Of a stretch of DNA of 64,000 nt, positions 10,508 through 19,032 are shown piece after piece (positions within the stretch are counted from its first letter, which is position 1; every line of letters begins with the position of its first letter). Location of the stretch: contig CAYOFQ010000001.1 in assembly GCA_964403585.1 (NCBI GenBank), forward strand, positions 268,456 through 332,455, given 5' to 3'. A program made the translations under genes and the position numbers. Below the pieces are notes generated by a model. That model did not search any database and was not told the DNA's origin. It saw only the letters and a list, made by a program, of their open reading frames with translations. This stretch comes from an uncultured Gammaproteobacteria bacterium (lineage in GTDB: Bacteria > Patescibacteriota > Microgenomatia > JALYQM01).

Positions 10508-11224
10508 ATGTACAGTTGGCGATTTGACGAGTTTGATACTTCAATATTTGGCTTGAGAACAGCTAAGATTAAGGATATTCAAGTTGACAAATCGTCATCT
10601 GCCTTCGAGATTGTCGGGCAGCTTCAGCGGGAATTAAAAGATAATCAGATAGAGTATGCAGTGTTCCGGGCAGCAGCCTCAGACTATGCACTTATACAGG
10701 CACTGGAGCAAAGTGGATTTATCATGGTGGATGGTTTGCTGAATTTAGTGCGGAGACTTGACGACTATCAACGTCAGGAAACTCCCGCAGTTCGTGCTGC
10801 CACCATCGACGATCTTCCTCAACTACGCAGAATCGCTGAAGTATCCTTTGACCGGAATCGGGTCTTTAATGATCCGGCATTAAATCATGCAGACGCCAGA
10901 CAGATGTATGTGCAGTGGATAGAAAATTCATTGAGTGGGGCGCAGGCAGATGCTGTCCTGGTATGTGGGAAAACTGAACTGGAGGGAATGATCACCTTGC
11001 AAAAAGACGGACACATTCCACTTATTGCTGTTTTACCGGAATATAGAGGTCAAGGACTCGCGAAAAGGTTTGTGACGGCCGGATTTAATCAGTTCCAGGA
11101 ATGGGGGGTACTGGAATCAGCAATTGAAACGCAAATCGCCAATATTCCTGCTATACGCTCTTATCATGCCTGCGGATTTAAAATCGTCGATTCACGCTAC
11201 ACGTTTCGCTGGTTATCAAAATAA
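10508..11224 (+). CDS. wecD: dTDP-4-amino-4,6-dideoxy-sugar N-acetyltransferase (WecD/RffC-like GNAT)
   Basis: Collinear similarity to E. coli WecD along the whole length: WRFDEFDTSIFGL, YVQWIENSLSG, the GNAT motif-A segment AVLPEYRGQGLAKRFV, and the C-terminal TQIANIPAIRSYHACGFKIVDSRYTFRW. Starts 1 nt after the aminotransferase stop. Confidence 0.7.
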   Translation: MYSWRFDEFDTSIFGLRTAKIKDIQVDKSSSAFEIVGQLQRELKDNQIEYAVFRAAASDYALIQALEQSGFIMVDGLLNLVRRLDDYQRQETPAVRAATIDDLPQLRRIAEVSFDRNRVFNDPALNHADARQMYVQWIENSLSGAQADAVLVCGKTELEGMITLQKDGHIPLIAVLPEYRGQGLAKRFVTAGFNQFQEWGVLESAIETQIANIPAIRSYHACGFKIVDSRYTFRWLSK

Positions 11225-11238
11225 GGTAGGCGACTATT

Positions 11239-13305
11239 ATGCATAAACTCAAAGAGTTTCTTCCATACATACTGGCCGGTTGGGTAATTATCTGGGTATT
11301 CAGTAATTGGATTCTCTCACCAGCAACACTTGGGGGCGACTTTAATTATATAAGCTACCAGCATTATACAGTCATCAACCAGCGGCCGTATATCTGGGAT
11401 CCTCGTTTTAATAACAGCTTCGGACAGGTCACTTTATATACTCTGCCGTTTTGGTACTATACACATTTTTTCAATGCGCTAACCTATGTTTTTCATGACC
11501 CGTTCTTACTGCATAAATTAATTTTTCTGTGGCCAATTGTAATAATCGGTTCGCTTTCAATGTGGGTACTTGCCCGTGAGATGTTTACTAATCGCTGGGC
11601 CAGAGCCACAGCCATAATTCTCTACATGACCAATTCATATTTCATGATGATAACGGGGGGCGGGCAGGTTGGGGTTGCGCTTGCGTATTGTTTAGCGCCA
11701 CTTGTGATGGCATCTTTTATTAAAACTGTACACTTGATAAATGATCAGGCACCCCCTCGGGTCAAAACTAAATACCATCTCATTTCAGCATTACTAACTG
11801 CCATCTTCATCACCCTCGATATTCGGTTGGCGTTCCTCGTCCTCGGTGCCGTAATAGTACTCTTGTTCGCCAATCTGCTCTTTCGAAAAGGGAAAAGAGC
11901 AATCATAACCGACTATGCCATTCTCGCCATAATTGGAACTATCGTCATTGGGGCATTCCATTCATTTTGGATAATTCCGTCACTCGCAGTTCAAAGTGTC
12001 AGTCTGCCGAGAGGATATGATTCACAGGACTCGGTAAAGTTTTTTAGTTTTGCCCGCTTTGCACATACTTTTTCCTGGATGCATCCCAATTATCCTGCCA
12101 ATCGTTTCGGCGTAGTTAAAGAGATAGTCGGGTACTCCCTCATTTTTGCGATTCTGGCTTTTTGGGGAACGAAATCCCGGCGGAGAAAGTTCCTGTATTT
12201 TGCCCTTGTCTCATTGGGAGCAGCCTTTTTGGCTAAAGGAACAAATCCGCCGTTTGGTGAAGCATATCAATGGATGTTTTCTCATGTTCCAAGTTTCAGC
12301 TGGTTTAGAGACTCAACTAAATTCTTACTATTGGTCAGCATTGGCTACAGTATTTTGATCGGTAAAACCATTGAAGAGTTTTTCAACCGGTCACACGCCA
12401 AGGCACTACTTTTAGTTGCTGTTATTGGTATTTTTATATCATGGTATCCAACATACACGCATCAATTAAAAGGGACGCTTGCGTATCGAACAATTCCTGC
12501 CGACTATCAGGAAATAAAACAAGTATTCATAAAAGATCGCAACTTTGGCAGGGTACTATGGGTGCCAAACCGGGAAATATACGGCTACTATGACCTGAAA
12601 CATCCTGAGATTAATTTATCCGAACTGCGGGACCCGACATCTTGCTTTCCGGTATTTTGCCCTAAACAGCCCCCGCAAAAATTTGATGACAGAAAAAACT
12701 ACAGTTTTGCTGACAGGTTAAAAGAGATCGATGATCAAACGGTGTTTTTGAATGATCCGTACACCCAGGAATTATTCAGAGATTTGGCTATTAATTATAT
12801 TGTGGTGGTAGCTGATCACGATCGGGAAATCTACATCCACGATCAAAAATATAACGGCGAAATAAAAGAATACTATCGAAAAAAATTTGATGCTATCCCG
12901 TGGATATCTAAAGTCCCTACAAAATCAGCAGGTCTGATCTACAAAACCCAAACTCCCGGTGCTTTGTTTACTCAGTCCGGAATTGGTGCCGATATCAATT
13001 TAAACTACACCATGGTTAATCCGGTTAAGTACACCGTTAAGCTGCACGACAACCAGGCTCCGCTTATTTTCAACCAAAGTTATCATGAGTCATGGCAACT
13101 CAAGCAGGGCAAAAATACTGTTACCCCGTACTCGAATAAACTTGGCATGAATATGTATCCAACCAGTGGCCTTACAGCCAATCAAGAGATAACACTGGAA
13201 TTCAAAGGACAGGAGTATGCAGATTTTGGATTAAATATTTCATTTATTACCATTATTTTTACCTTGTTGGGAATAGGTATGCTGCATATGGGGAAAAAGA
13301 CATGA
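11239..13305 (+). CDS. polytopic membrane protein (688 aa) with extracytoplasmic C-terminal domain and terminal TM; putative GT-C/YfhO-like glycosyltransferase
   Basis: Multiple TM helices in aa 1-400, a soluble domain, and a C-terminal hydrophobic helix (ISFITIIFTLLGIGML). It resembles the 1132-aa protein in architecture. Confidence 0.45.
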   Translation: MHKLKEFLPYILAGWVIIWVFSNWILSPATLGGDFNYISYQHYTVINQRPYIWDPRFNNSFGQVTLYTLPFWYYTHFFNALTYVFHDPFLLHKLIFLWPIVIIGSLSMWVLAREMFTNRWARATAIILYMTNSYFMMITGGGQVGVALAYCLAPLVMASFIKTVHLINDQAPPRVKTKYHLISALLTAIFITLDIRLAFLVLGAVIVLLFANLLFRKGKRAIITDYAILAIIGTIVIGAFHSFWIIPSLAVQSVSLPRGYDSQDSVKFFSFARFAHTFSWMHPNYPANRFGVVKEIVGYSLIFAILAFWGTKSRRRKFLYFALVSLGAAFLAKGTNPPFGEAYQWMFSHVPSFSWFRDSTKFLLLVSIGYSILIGKTIEEFFNRSHAKALLLVAVIGIFISWYPTYTHQLKGTLAYRTIPADYQEIKQVFIKDRNFGRVLWVPNREIYGYYDLKHPEINLSELRDPTSCFPVFCPKQPPQKFDDRKNYSFADRLKEIDDQTVFLNDPYTQELFRDLAINYIVVVADHDREIYIHDQKYNGEIKEYYRKKFDAIPWISKVPTKSAGLIYKTQTPGALFTQSGIGADINLNYTMVNPVKYTVKLHDNQAPLIFNQSYHESWQLKQGKNTVTPYSNKLGMNMYPTSGLTANQEITLEFKGQEYADFGLNISFITIIFTLLGIGMLHMGKKT

Positions 13306-13529
13306 AAATTCAGGATATCGCTTTTATCGTCATATTAATCATCATACTTTTGCTGAGAGGAAAAGCTGCCTGGTATGCGGGAATAGTAGCAGGTGTTGCA
13401 GCCGGAACACTCTTCCTTCTCTCCAACCTCTTTACCGCTCAGCGTTTTACCTGGTATAGCGCGGCATTTTTTACGGTGTTTGTACTAAAAGAATTGTACT
13501 GTACACTATTTAAGAATGAATCTAAATAA
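13302..13529 (+). CDS. small two-TM membrane protein, hypothetical
   Basis: 75-aa ORF, two hydrophobic helices. Overlaps the upstream stop (ATGA) and overlaps the downstream start by 14 nt, suggesting translational coupling inside the glycosylation operon. Confidence 0.4.
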   Translation: MKIQDIAFIVILIIILLLRGKAAWYAGIVAGVAAGTLFLLSNLFTAQRFTWYSAAFFTVFVLKELYCTLFKNESK

Positions 13530-14670
13530 AACTAGAATTGTCGCTGCTCTTCTCTGGGGTGCACTGTGTATCAGTTGTTTCACTATTATCTACCAGAATC
13601 GGGTATGGTATACCACGTTCAATTACTGGGAAAATTTTGCCGAGCTTAAGCGGGTTTTTCTTAACTCCCAATACGTTAATAAACATGCCACCGGCTATAT
13701 ACCCGACGAAACAGCCTACTCATATGCCGGCGGCGCGCTTATTCAAGGGACCAGCCCCATATTGGTCTTACCTGAAGCACCTCCGTTGGGAAAATATATG
13801 ATCGGCCTCTCAGCCGTCCTTTTCAATAATCCCAACATTATTATTATGCTTGTGTGTGGAGTTTTAGGCTTAGTGTACATGTATCTGATTGGGAAACAGA
13901 TATATCATTCTAAGATAACTGCTCTTGTTGCAGTACTTTTACTTACCTTGGAACCCCTGTACCGTAATCAGTTTGCCTACGTCCCGCTTTTTGATATTGC
14001 CCAGGTTTTCTTTCTGCTCGCGTCACTGTATTATTTCACCAAATCGCACATCTCGGAAAAGCATCCGCTACGATACCTGATCATCGCCCAGATTTTTGTC
14101 GGCCTCTTTATCTCAACCAAGTTCTATATGTCAGGGCTCACGATTTTAGGGGCCTTCTTCCTGGTCCTGCTTTACAACAAAGATGGTAAACGAATGAAAT
14201 ATCTCATTCTAACTTCCATCATTCCCGTTATAATTTTGTACGCCACCTACATCCGTGTCCTTATTATCGGTTATCCGTTCAACAAATTTCTGGGCATTCA
14301 ACGCTGGATATTTAACTTCTGGACCGGTAAGCTGAACTTGCCGTTCACTGTTTGGGCACTTGTGTTTGCCAATCAGTGGTACGTCTGGTGGGGTGATCAG
14401 CCGATCTTATCCGATTCACAGTGGCGTCTGACCTGGCCGCTCGTAACAGCACTCTCTTTTTTGACCGTCGGACTGTATCTATTCAAGCACCTGTCGAAGA
14501 AAAAAGAGCTCGAAGTTCTATTAGCCTACTCCGTCACCTATGGTGCATTCGCCAGTATTGGCCAGACCTCTGCCAGATACCTGGTTATCTACCTTCCGGT
14601 GTTGTATCTGGTTGCATTCTATCTTGTCGAAACTTATGTACGCAGAGCTTTACGCCGAACTCAAGTCTGA
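13516..14670 (+). CDS. GT-C fold glycosyltransferase (PMT_2/ArnT-like family), membrane protein
   Basis: 384 aa with about 9 TM helices. The first extracytoplasmic loop carries a DE motif (GYIPDETAYSYAGG), as in GT39/GT83 enzymes. Confidence 0.5.
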   Translation: MNLNKTRIVAALLWGALCISCFTIIYQNRVWYTTFNYWENFAELKRVFLNSQYVNKHATGYIPDETAYSYAGGALIQGTSPILVLPEAPPLGKYMIGLSAVLFNNPNIIIMLVCGVLGLVYMYLIGKQIYHSKITALVAVLLLTLEPLYRNQFAYVPLFDIAQVFFLLASLYYFTKSHISEKHPLRYLIIAQIFVGLFISTKFYMSGLTILGAFFLVLLYNKDGKRMKYLILTSIIPVIILYATYIRVLIIGYPFNKFLGIQRWIFNFWTGKLNLPFTVWALVFANQWYVWWGDQPILSDSQWRLTWPLVTALSFLTVGLYLFKHLSKKKELEVLLAYSVTYGAFASIGQTSARYLVIYLPVLYLVAFYLVETYVRRALRRTQV

Positions 14671-14684
14671 GATATAATCCCAGC

Positions 14685-16676
14685 ATGGCACAAATCTCAG
14701 GCAATGAATTACGGAACAAATATCTCGAATTTTTCAAAAACAGAGGACACGTCGAAATTCCTTCGGCACCAATGGTACCTCAAAATGACCCGACAACGTT
14801 ATTCGTAAACTCAGGTATGCAGCCAATGTTGTCATATTTATTAGGCGAAACTCACCCGGAAGGTAAGCGGATTGTCGATTCGCAACGTTGTTTCCGAGCT
14901 GAAGATATTGAGGAAGTCGGGGATAACCGTCACACAACCGCTTTTGAAATGCTTGGCAACTGGTCCTTGGGTGATTATTTCAAAAAAGAACAGCTACACT
15001 GGATTTTCGAATTTTTAACCAAAGAAGTTGGCTTCGACCCGCAGAAACTCTACGTTACCGTTTGCAAAGGGGATAAGGAAGCTAAAATACAAAACGAAGA
15101 CGGCACCATTCAGACACTGGGCCCTGATACCGAAGCCATTGATCTATGGAAAGAGTTATTTCGGCCGTATGGTATTGAAGCTGAATATGTAGATAACTCA
15201 CCTGAAAAAGGAATGCAGAATGGACGAATCTTTGGGTATGGCACCAAGAAAAACTGGTGGTCACGCGCCGGCGTCCCTGCCAAAATGCCGATTGGCGAGC
15301 CGGGTGGACCGGACGCCGAAATCTTCTACGATTTTGGATCAGATTTGAAATTACACGAAAACTCCGAATTCAAAGATCAACCGTGTCACGTCAACTGCGA
15401 CTGTGGCCGTTTTATGGAAATCGGCAACTCGGTTTTTATGCAGTATGTTAAACAGCCGGATGGAACCTTTAAAGAATTGGAGAACAAAAATATCGATTTT
15501 GGCGGAGGCTTGGAACGCATGTTGGCCGCCGCCTACGGACATCCGGATATGTTCCTGACCGATCTTTTCTTACCTCTGGTCAAAAAGATCGAACAGTTGT
15601 CCGGGAAAGATTATCAAGGCGAACATCAAAAAGCATTCCGGATTATCACCGATCACCTCCGCGCAGCAGTCATGCTTGCCTCCGACGGAGTGATCCCTTC
15701 CAACAAGGCCCAAGGCTATATGATGCGCCGTCTGATCCGCCGGGCAGTCGGAGCCGGAAGAGCATTGGGATTAACAGAAAACTTCACTCAGCATATTGTC
15801 CCGTTAATTCAGACCATGTACGAAGGTCAGTATCCGCAAGTATGTGACAAGACTATTCTCGGTATTATCGGAGAGGAAGAAACTAAATTCCGAAAAACAC
15901 TCGACAATGCGCTTGAGGAAGTAAAAAAGACACTCAAAGCTGCACAAATAACCAAAGAAAACATTGCTAAAGCAGCATTTGACTTGTACCAGTCACACGG
16001 ACTGCCCAGTGACATATTCCTAGACGAATATGAAAAAGAATTTCCGGGAACAATCAATTTGGAGTCTCGCCAGGAGATTCAGGAACAATTTGAAACGCTT
16101 TTCAAAGCCCATCAGGATCTCTCTCGAACTGCCTCCGCCGGCATGTTCAAGGGAGGATTAGCCGAGCATTCGGAGCAAATCATTCAATACCATACCTCAA
16201 CACATTTACTTCAGCAGGCACTGCGTGAAGTACTTGGGGATCATGTCGTTCAGCGCGGATCAAACATAACCAATGAGCGCCTTCGCTTTGATTTTACCTC
16301 TAACGAGCGGTTAACCGCGGATCAAATCAAGCGGATAGAGGAGATTGTTAACCAAAAAATTCAGGAAAAAATACCGGTATATTTCCAGAATATGCCGTTG
16401 GAAATTGCCCGAAAAACCGGAGCGATCGGACTATTTGGCGAAAAGTATCCGGAAGTAGTCAAAGTATATACAATTGGACCGGTTCCCGAGTTGGGGAGGG
16501 TAGGGGAGAGCATCGGAGGAGAGGACGAAGTAGTACAAAGGGCATCAGTATACTCGCGGGAATTCTGTGGCGGACCGCACGTTTCTAATACTGGCGAAAT
16601 CAAAGGTACGTTCAAAATTCAAAAAGACGAAAAAATTGCCAAAGACGTTGTTCGAGTAAAAGCTGTCTTAGTCTAG
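14685..16676 (+). CDS. alaS: alanine--tRNA ligase, short form lacking the C-terminal C-Ala/DHHA1 domain
   Basis: Catalytic core motifs FFKNRGH, PTTLFVNSGMQP and NWWS. Editing-domain HxxxH (HTSTHLLQQA) and CGGPH (EFCGGPHV). The protein ends about 55 aa after CGGPH, giving 663 aa from the ATG at 14685. The track start at 14421 would overlap the upstream gene by 250 nt. Confidence 0.9.
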   Translation: MAQISGNELRNKYLEFFKNRGHVEIPSAPMVPQNDPTTLFVNSGMQPMLSYLLGETHPEGKRIVDSQRCFRAEDIEEVGDNRHTTAFEMLGNWSLGDYFKKEQLHWIFEFLTKEVGFDPQKLYVTVCKGDKEAKIQNEDGTIQTLGPDTEAIDLWKELFRPYGIEAEYVDNSPEKGMQNGRIFGYGTKKNWWSRAGVPAKMPIGEPGGPDAEIFYDFGSDLKLHENSEFKDQPCHVNCDCGRFMEIGNSVFMQYVKQPDGTFKELENKNIDFGGGLERMLAAAYGHPDMFLTDLFLPLVKKIEQLSGKDYQGEHQKAFRIITDHLRAAVMLASDGVIPSNKAQGYMMRRLIRRAVGAGRALGLTENFTQHIVPLIQTMYEGQYPQVCDKTILGIIGEEETKFRKTLDNALEEVKKTLKAAQITKENIAKAAFDLYQSHGLPSDIFLDEYEKEFPGTINLESRQEIQEQFETLFKAHQDLSRTASAGMFKGGLAEHSEQIIQYHTSTHLLQQALREVLGDHVVQRGSNITNERLRFDFTSNERLTADQIKRIEEIVNQKIQEKIPVYFQNMPLEIARKTGAIGLFGEKYPEVVKVYTIGPVPELGRVGESIGGEDEVVQRASVYSREFCGGPHVSNTGEIKGTFKIQKDEKIAKDVVRVKAVLV

Positions 16677-16989
16677 CAGTATGTCGGATCAAATGCTCAT
16701 TGCCAAAGACCATTGGGGTGGAGAACACCCGGCGATTATCACAACGTTCTTATGCTCTATGAAGTAAAACGCGTGTCAGGAGATTTAGTTCTGCGGAAGA
16801 CCACGAAGACTCGGTCGAAACACAATTTTACTCCCGAAAAGAGTTAATTAATGGCAAATTACATTACGCGTTTACTCCGTTTATTCACTATCTGTAAACA
16901 AATCCGAGTACTTTATCATGTATTACTTGTTGCAATTCTTACAAATAATGGTAAACATATTAACATTAACCATTAAATATTTTGCCTAA

Positions 16990-17274
16990 ATGGCTTCTGA
17001 AGAACTGAAACAACTACTCATTTTAAGAGAAGAGATGGCCTCACGAGACGGATGGTGTCCGGAGATGGCCGATGAAATCGATCGCCGACTCGGTGATCCT
17101 AGTCTGGAAGTACCCGCCGCCGTTCGTCGACGATTGTTAGATATAGCTAAAGTAGCGCAATTTCACCGTCTAACTGAAGAGGGACTTTTAAGGGTTGTAA
17201 GTAATCCTGGAGATTATATTGGAATAACTTCGGCAAGTCTTATAAATGGTTCCGGTGGTGTAAGGCGGGTCTAG
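16990..17274 (+). CDS. hypothetical small protein (94 aa)
   Basis: Only an ORF, with locally higher GC than the flanks. No recognisable motif. Its 3' end overlaps the convergent HD gene by 4 nt. Confidence 0.25.
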   Translation: MASEELKQLLILREEMASRDGWCPEMADEIDRRLGDPSLEVPAAVRRRLLDIAKVAQFHRLTEEGLLRVVSNPGDYIGITSASLINGSGGVRRV

Positions 17275-17846
17275 ATCTCTAGTTTGTTCAGAAAATCTTG
17301 AACCTTTAATTTATCTACATTCTGCTCTTCACAATACCCATACAGAGTTTGCAATTGCCGATCAAGGATTGTATGTGCCAGGGCTAGTTTTTTGGAATTG
17401 AGAATACTGGGCGAGACCTGTTTTATTTCGTAAATAAAGGCAATATAATCTACAATTTTAAGATCTGTTTTAAGCGATTCATCCATAACTACTCCGAGAG
17501 CTTTCACAATATTTCCCTGGATACTGTCCAGTTCTTTTTTTACATCCGGAGATTTAAACATCGGCAAAATATCTCCGGTTACCGATTCATGGAGATCATG
17601 AATCAGTGCCATAGTTACCAGTCGATCACGTTTCTCATCCGAGAAGTCGTTATATTTTGCCCAAAAGAGCGCAATTAACGCAGTCGCAAAAGAATGTTTA
17701 CCAACATCCCAGTTTCCCCCAAATCCACTGACACCAAACACCCGGGGAATATTAAATACGTTCATCAAAAAATCTAAATTGGGATTTTTTTCTACCTCAG
17801 CCAATAACCCTTGCGGAGTAAAAATGTCTTTAGAGGAAAGAATCAT
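17271..17846 (-). CDS. HD-domain phosphohydrolase (YfbR-like 5'-deoxynucleotidase family)
   Basis: The H...HD...D metal-binding pattern (HSFATA ... LIHDLHESVTGDI) is typical of HD/YfbR proteins. Confidence 0.7.
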   Translation of the reverse strand: MILSSKDIFTPQGLLAEVEKNPNLDFLMNVFNIPRVFGVSGFGGNWDVGKHSFATALIALFWAKYNDFSDEKRDRLVTMALIHDLHESVTGDILPMFKSPDVKKELDSIQGNIVKALGVVMDESLKTDLKIVDYIAFIYEIKQVSPSILNSKKLALAHTILDRQLQTLYGYCEEQNVDKLKVQDFLNKLEI

Positions 17847-17904
17847 ATATTAATATTAATACATAAAAAACCCGAAGTAAAGTAGTAGCTTTGCAAACAA
17901 TTGC

Positions 17905-17934
17905 TTGACATACAGTTCTGTAGATGCCTACAAT
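17905..17934 (+). promoter_or_regulatory. sigma70-like promoter: -35 TTGACA, 18-nt spacer, -10 TACAAT, upstream of the LPXTG-like surface protein gene
   Basis: Exact TTGACA at 17905-17910 and TACAAT at 17929-17934, in an AT-rich intergenic region about 100 nt upstream of the ATG at 18033. An SD-like GTAGGAGCA lies just before the ATG. Confidence 0.4.
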
Positions 17935-18032
17935 AAAATATAGCAATTATAGTAGGTTATATCGTGTTTAGGAATAAAGAGTAGTTATTATTCTTATCTT
18001 TGCCTTAAAGAAAAAATATTAGTAGGAGCACT

Positions 18033-18989
18033 ATGAAATCTAAAAAAATAGCTTTAATTTTATCCTCAATTTTCGCTGTCGCACTGGTGTCAGGTACGTT
18101 TCTTTTCCTGTACTTTAATCAGGATCAAAACCAGGTACCACCGAGCAGCGCGTATACGTTACCGTCCGCTCAGACATTCAAAGTTGATCCCTTCCCGGTT
18201 CCAGCATCAGGCATCTACACCAGTGAAAAAAACGGTGACTGGGATTTTGCTTCAAACAAAAATGAAGGTTGGATTAAAGTCCGCAATAATGCCACAACCA
18301 CACGCAAAATAGGTTGGCAGATCGACTGTCGACCCGATCAGCCGGGAGGATCATCCTGCTGGGATAATGCTGCTAACCCGCGGGGCGAATTATCCGTGGC
18401 ACCCGGCGAAGCCTGGGAAGTTCTGGTCGGTCCGCAGTGTTTCCCGTATCAGTTGGATTTCACCGGTCCGGATTTTGGCCGCTTAATGACACAGGACACG
18501 AGCAAGTGTAATGTCACTAGCACGCCAAGCCCGTCACCGACTCCAACTCCATCTCCTTCACCATCAGTCTCTCCGTCGTCTACACCGTCCCGCAGCCCCA
18601 GCCCCAGTGCCTCACCTTCCAGAAGTCCCTCGGCTTCACCAAGTCACACTGCTATTCCATCACCTAGCATAACCGCTTCACCGAGTCCAACCATAACCGC
18701 GACACCCAGCCCGTCTCCAACAAGTACCCCTCCCGTAGGCGGACCCTCAAATACACCTACCCCAAGTCCAACAGCAACACCTACCGCAACTCCCGCTGTC
18801 AGCTCAACACCGACGCCAACTCCTGTTGCCGGCGCTTCCTCAACTCCTGAGCCCGGTGATCGGGCCGTTGCCGATGCCACTGCTCTGCCTGAAGCCGGTA
18901 TCAGTAACGGAGTTCTGTTCACAGTGATCGGTGGCGTATCATTGCTTATCTCCGGAGTATTCGCCATCCTGAAAAAGAAGTATTACTAA
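18033..18989 (+). CDS. cell-surface protein with N-terminal signal anchor, Pro/Ser/Thr-rich linker and C-terminal sortase-type sorting signal (LPEAG + hydrophobic helix + KKKYY)
   Basis: N-terminal hydrophobic segment. A ~110-aa SPSP/TPTP low-complexity linker. C-terminal LPEAG, then GISNGVLFTVIGGVSLLISGVFAIL, then KKKYY. This is the canonical tripartite LPXTG-like architecture. Confidence 0.6.
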   Translation: MKSKKIALILSSIFAVALVSGTFLFLYFNQDQNQVPPSSAYTLPSAQTFKVDPFPVPASGIYTSEKNGDWDFASNKNEGWIKVRNNATTTRKIGWQIDCRPDQPGGSSCWDNAANPRGELSVAPGEAWEVLVGPQCFPYQLDFTGPDFGRLMTQDTSKCNVTSTPSPSPTPTPSPSPSVSPSSTPSRSPSPSASPSRSPSASPSHTAIPSPSITASPSPTITATPSPSPTSTPPVGGPSNTPTPSPTATPTATPAVSSTPTPTPVAGASSTPEPGDRAVADATALPEAGISNGVLFTVIGGVSLLISGVFAILKKKYY

Positions 18990-19032
18990 TACGTAATTGC
19001 GCGGCAAAGACCAATTTTGTTACAATCCGAGC

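Noticed and set aside
14421-14684. Upstream extension of alaS (track start 14421)
   Set aside because: It would overlap the preceding GT-C gene by 250 nt. Homology to AlaRS begins at MAQISGNELRNKYLEFF (ATG 14685).
18644-18967. Minus-strand 107-aa ORF
   Set aside because: Antisense of the Pro/Ser/Thr-rich linker of the LPXTG-like protein. A Gly/Val-rich artefact.
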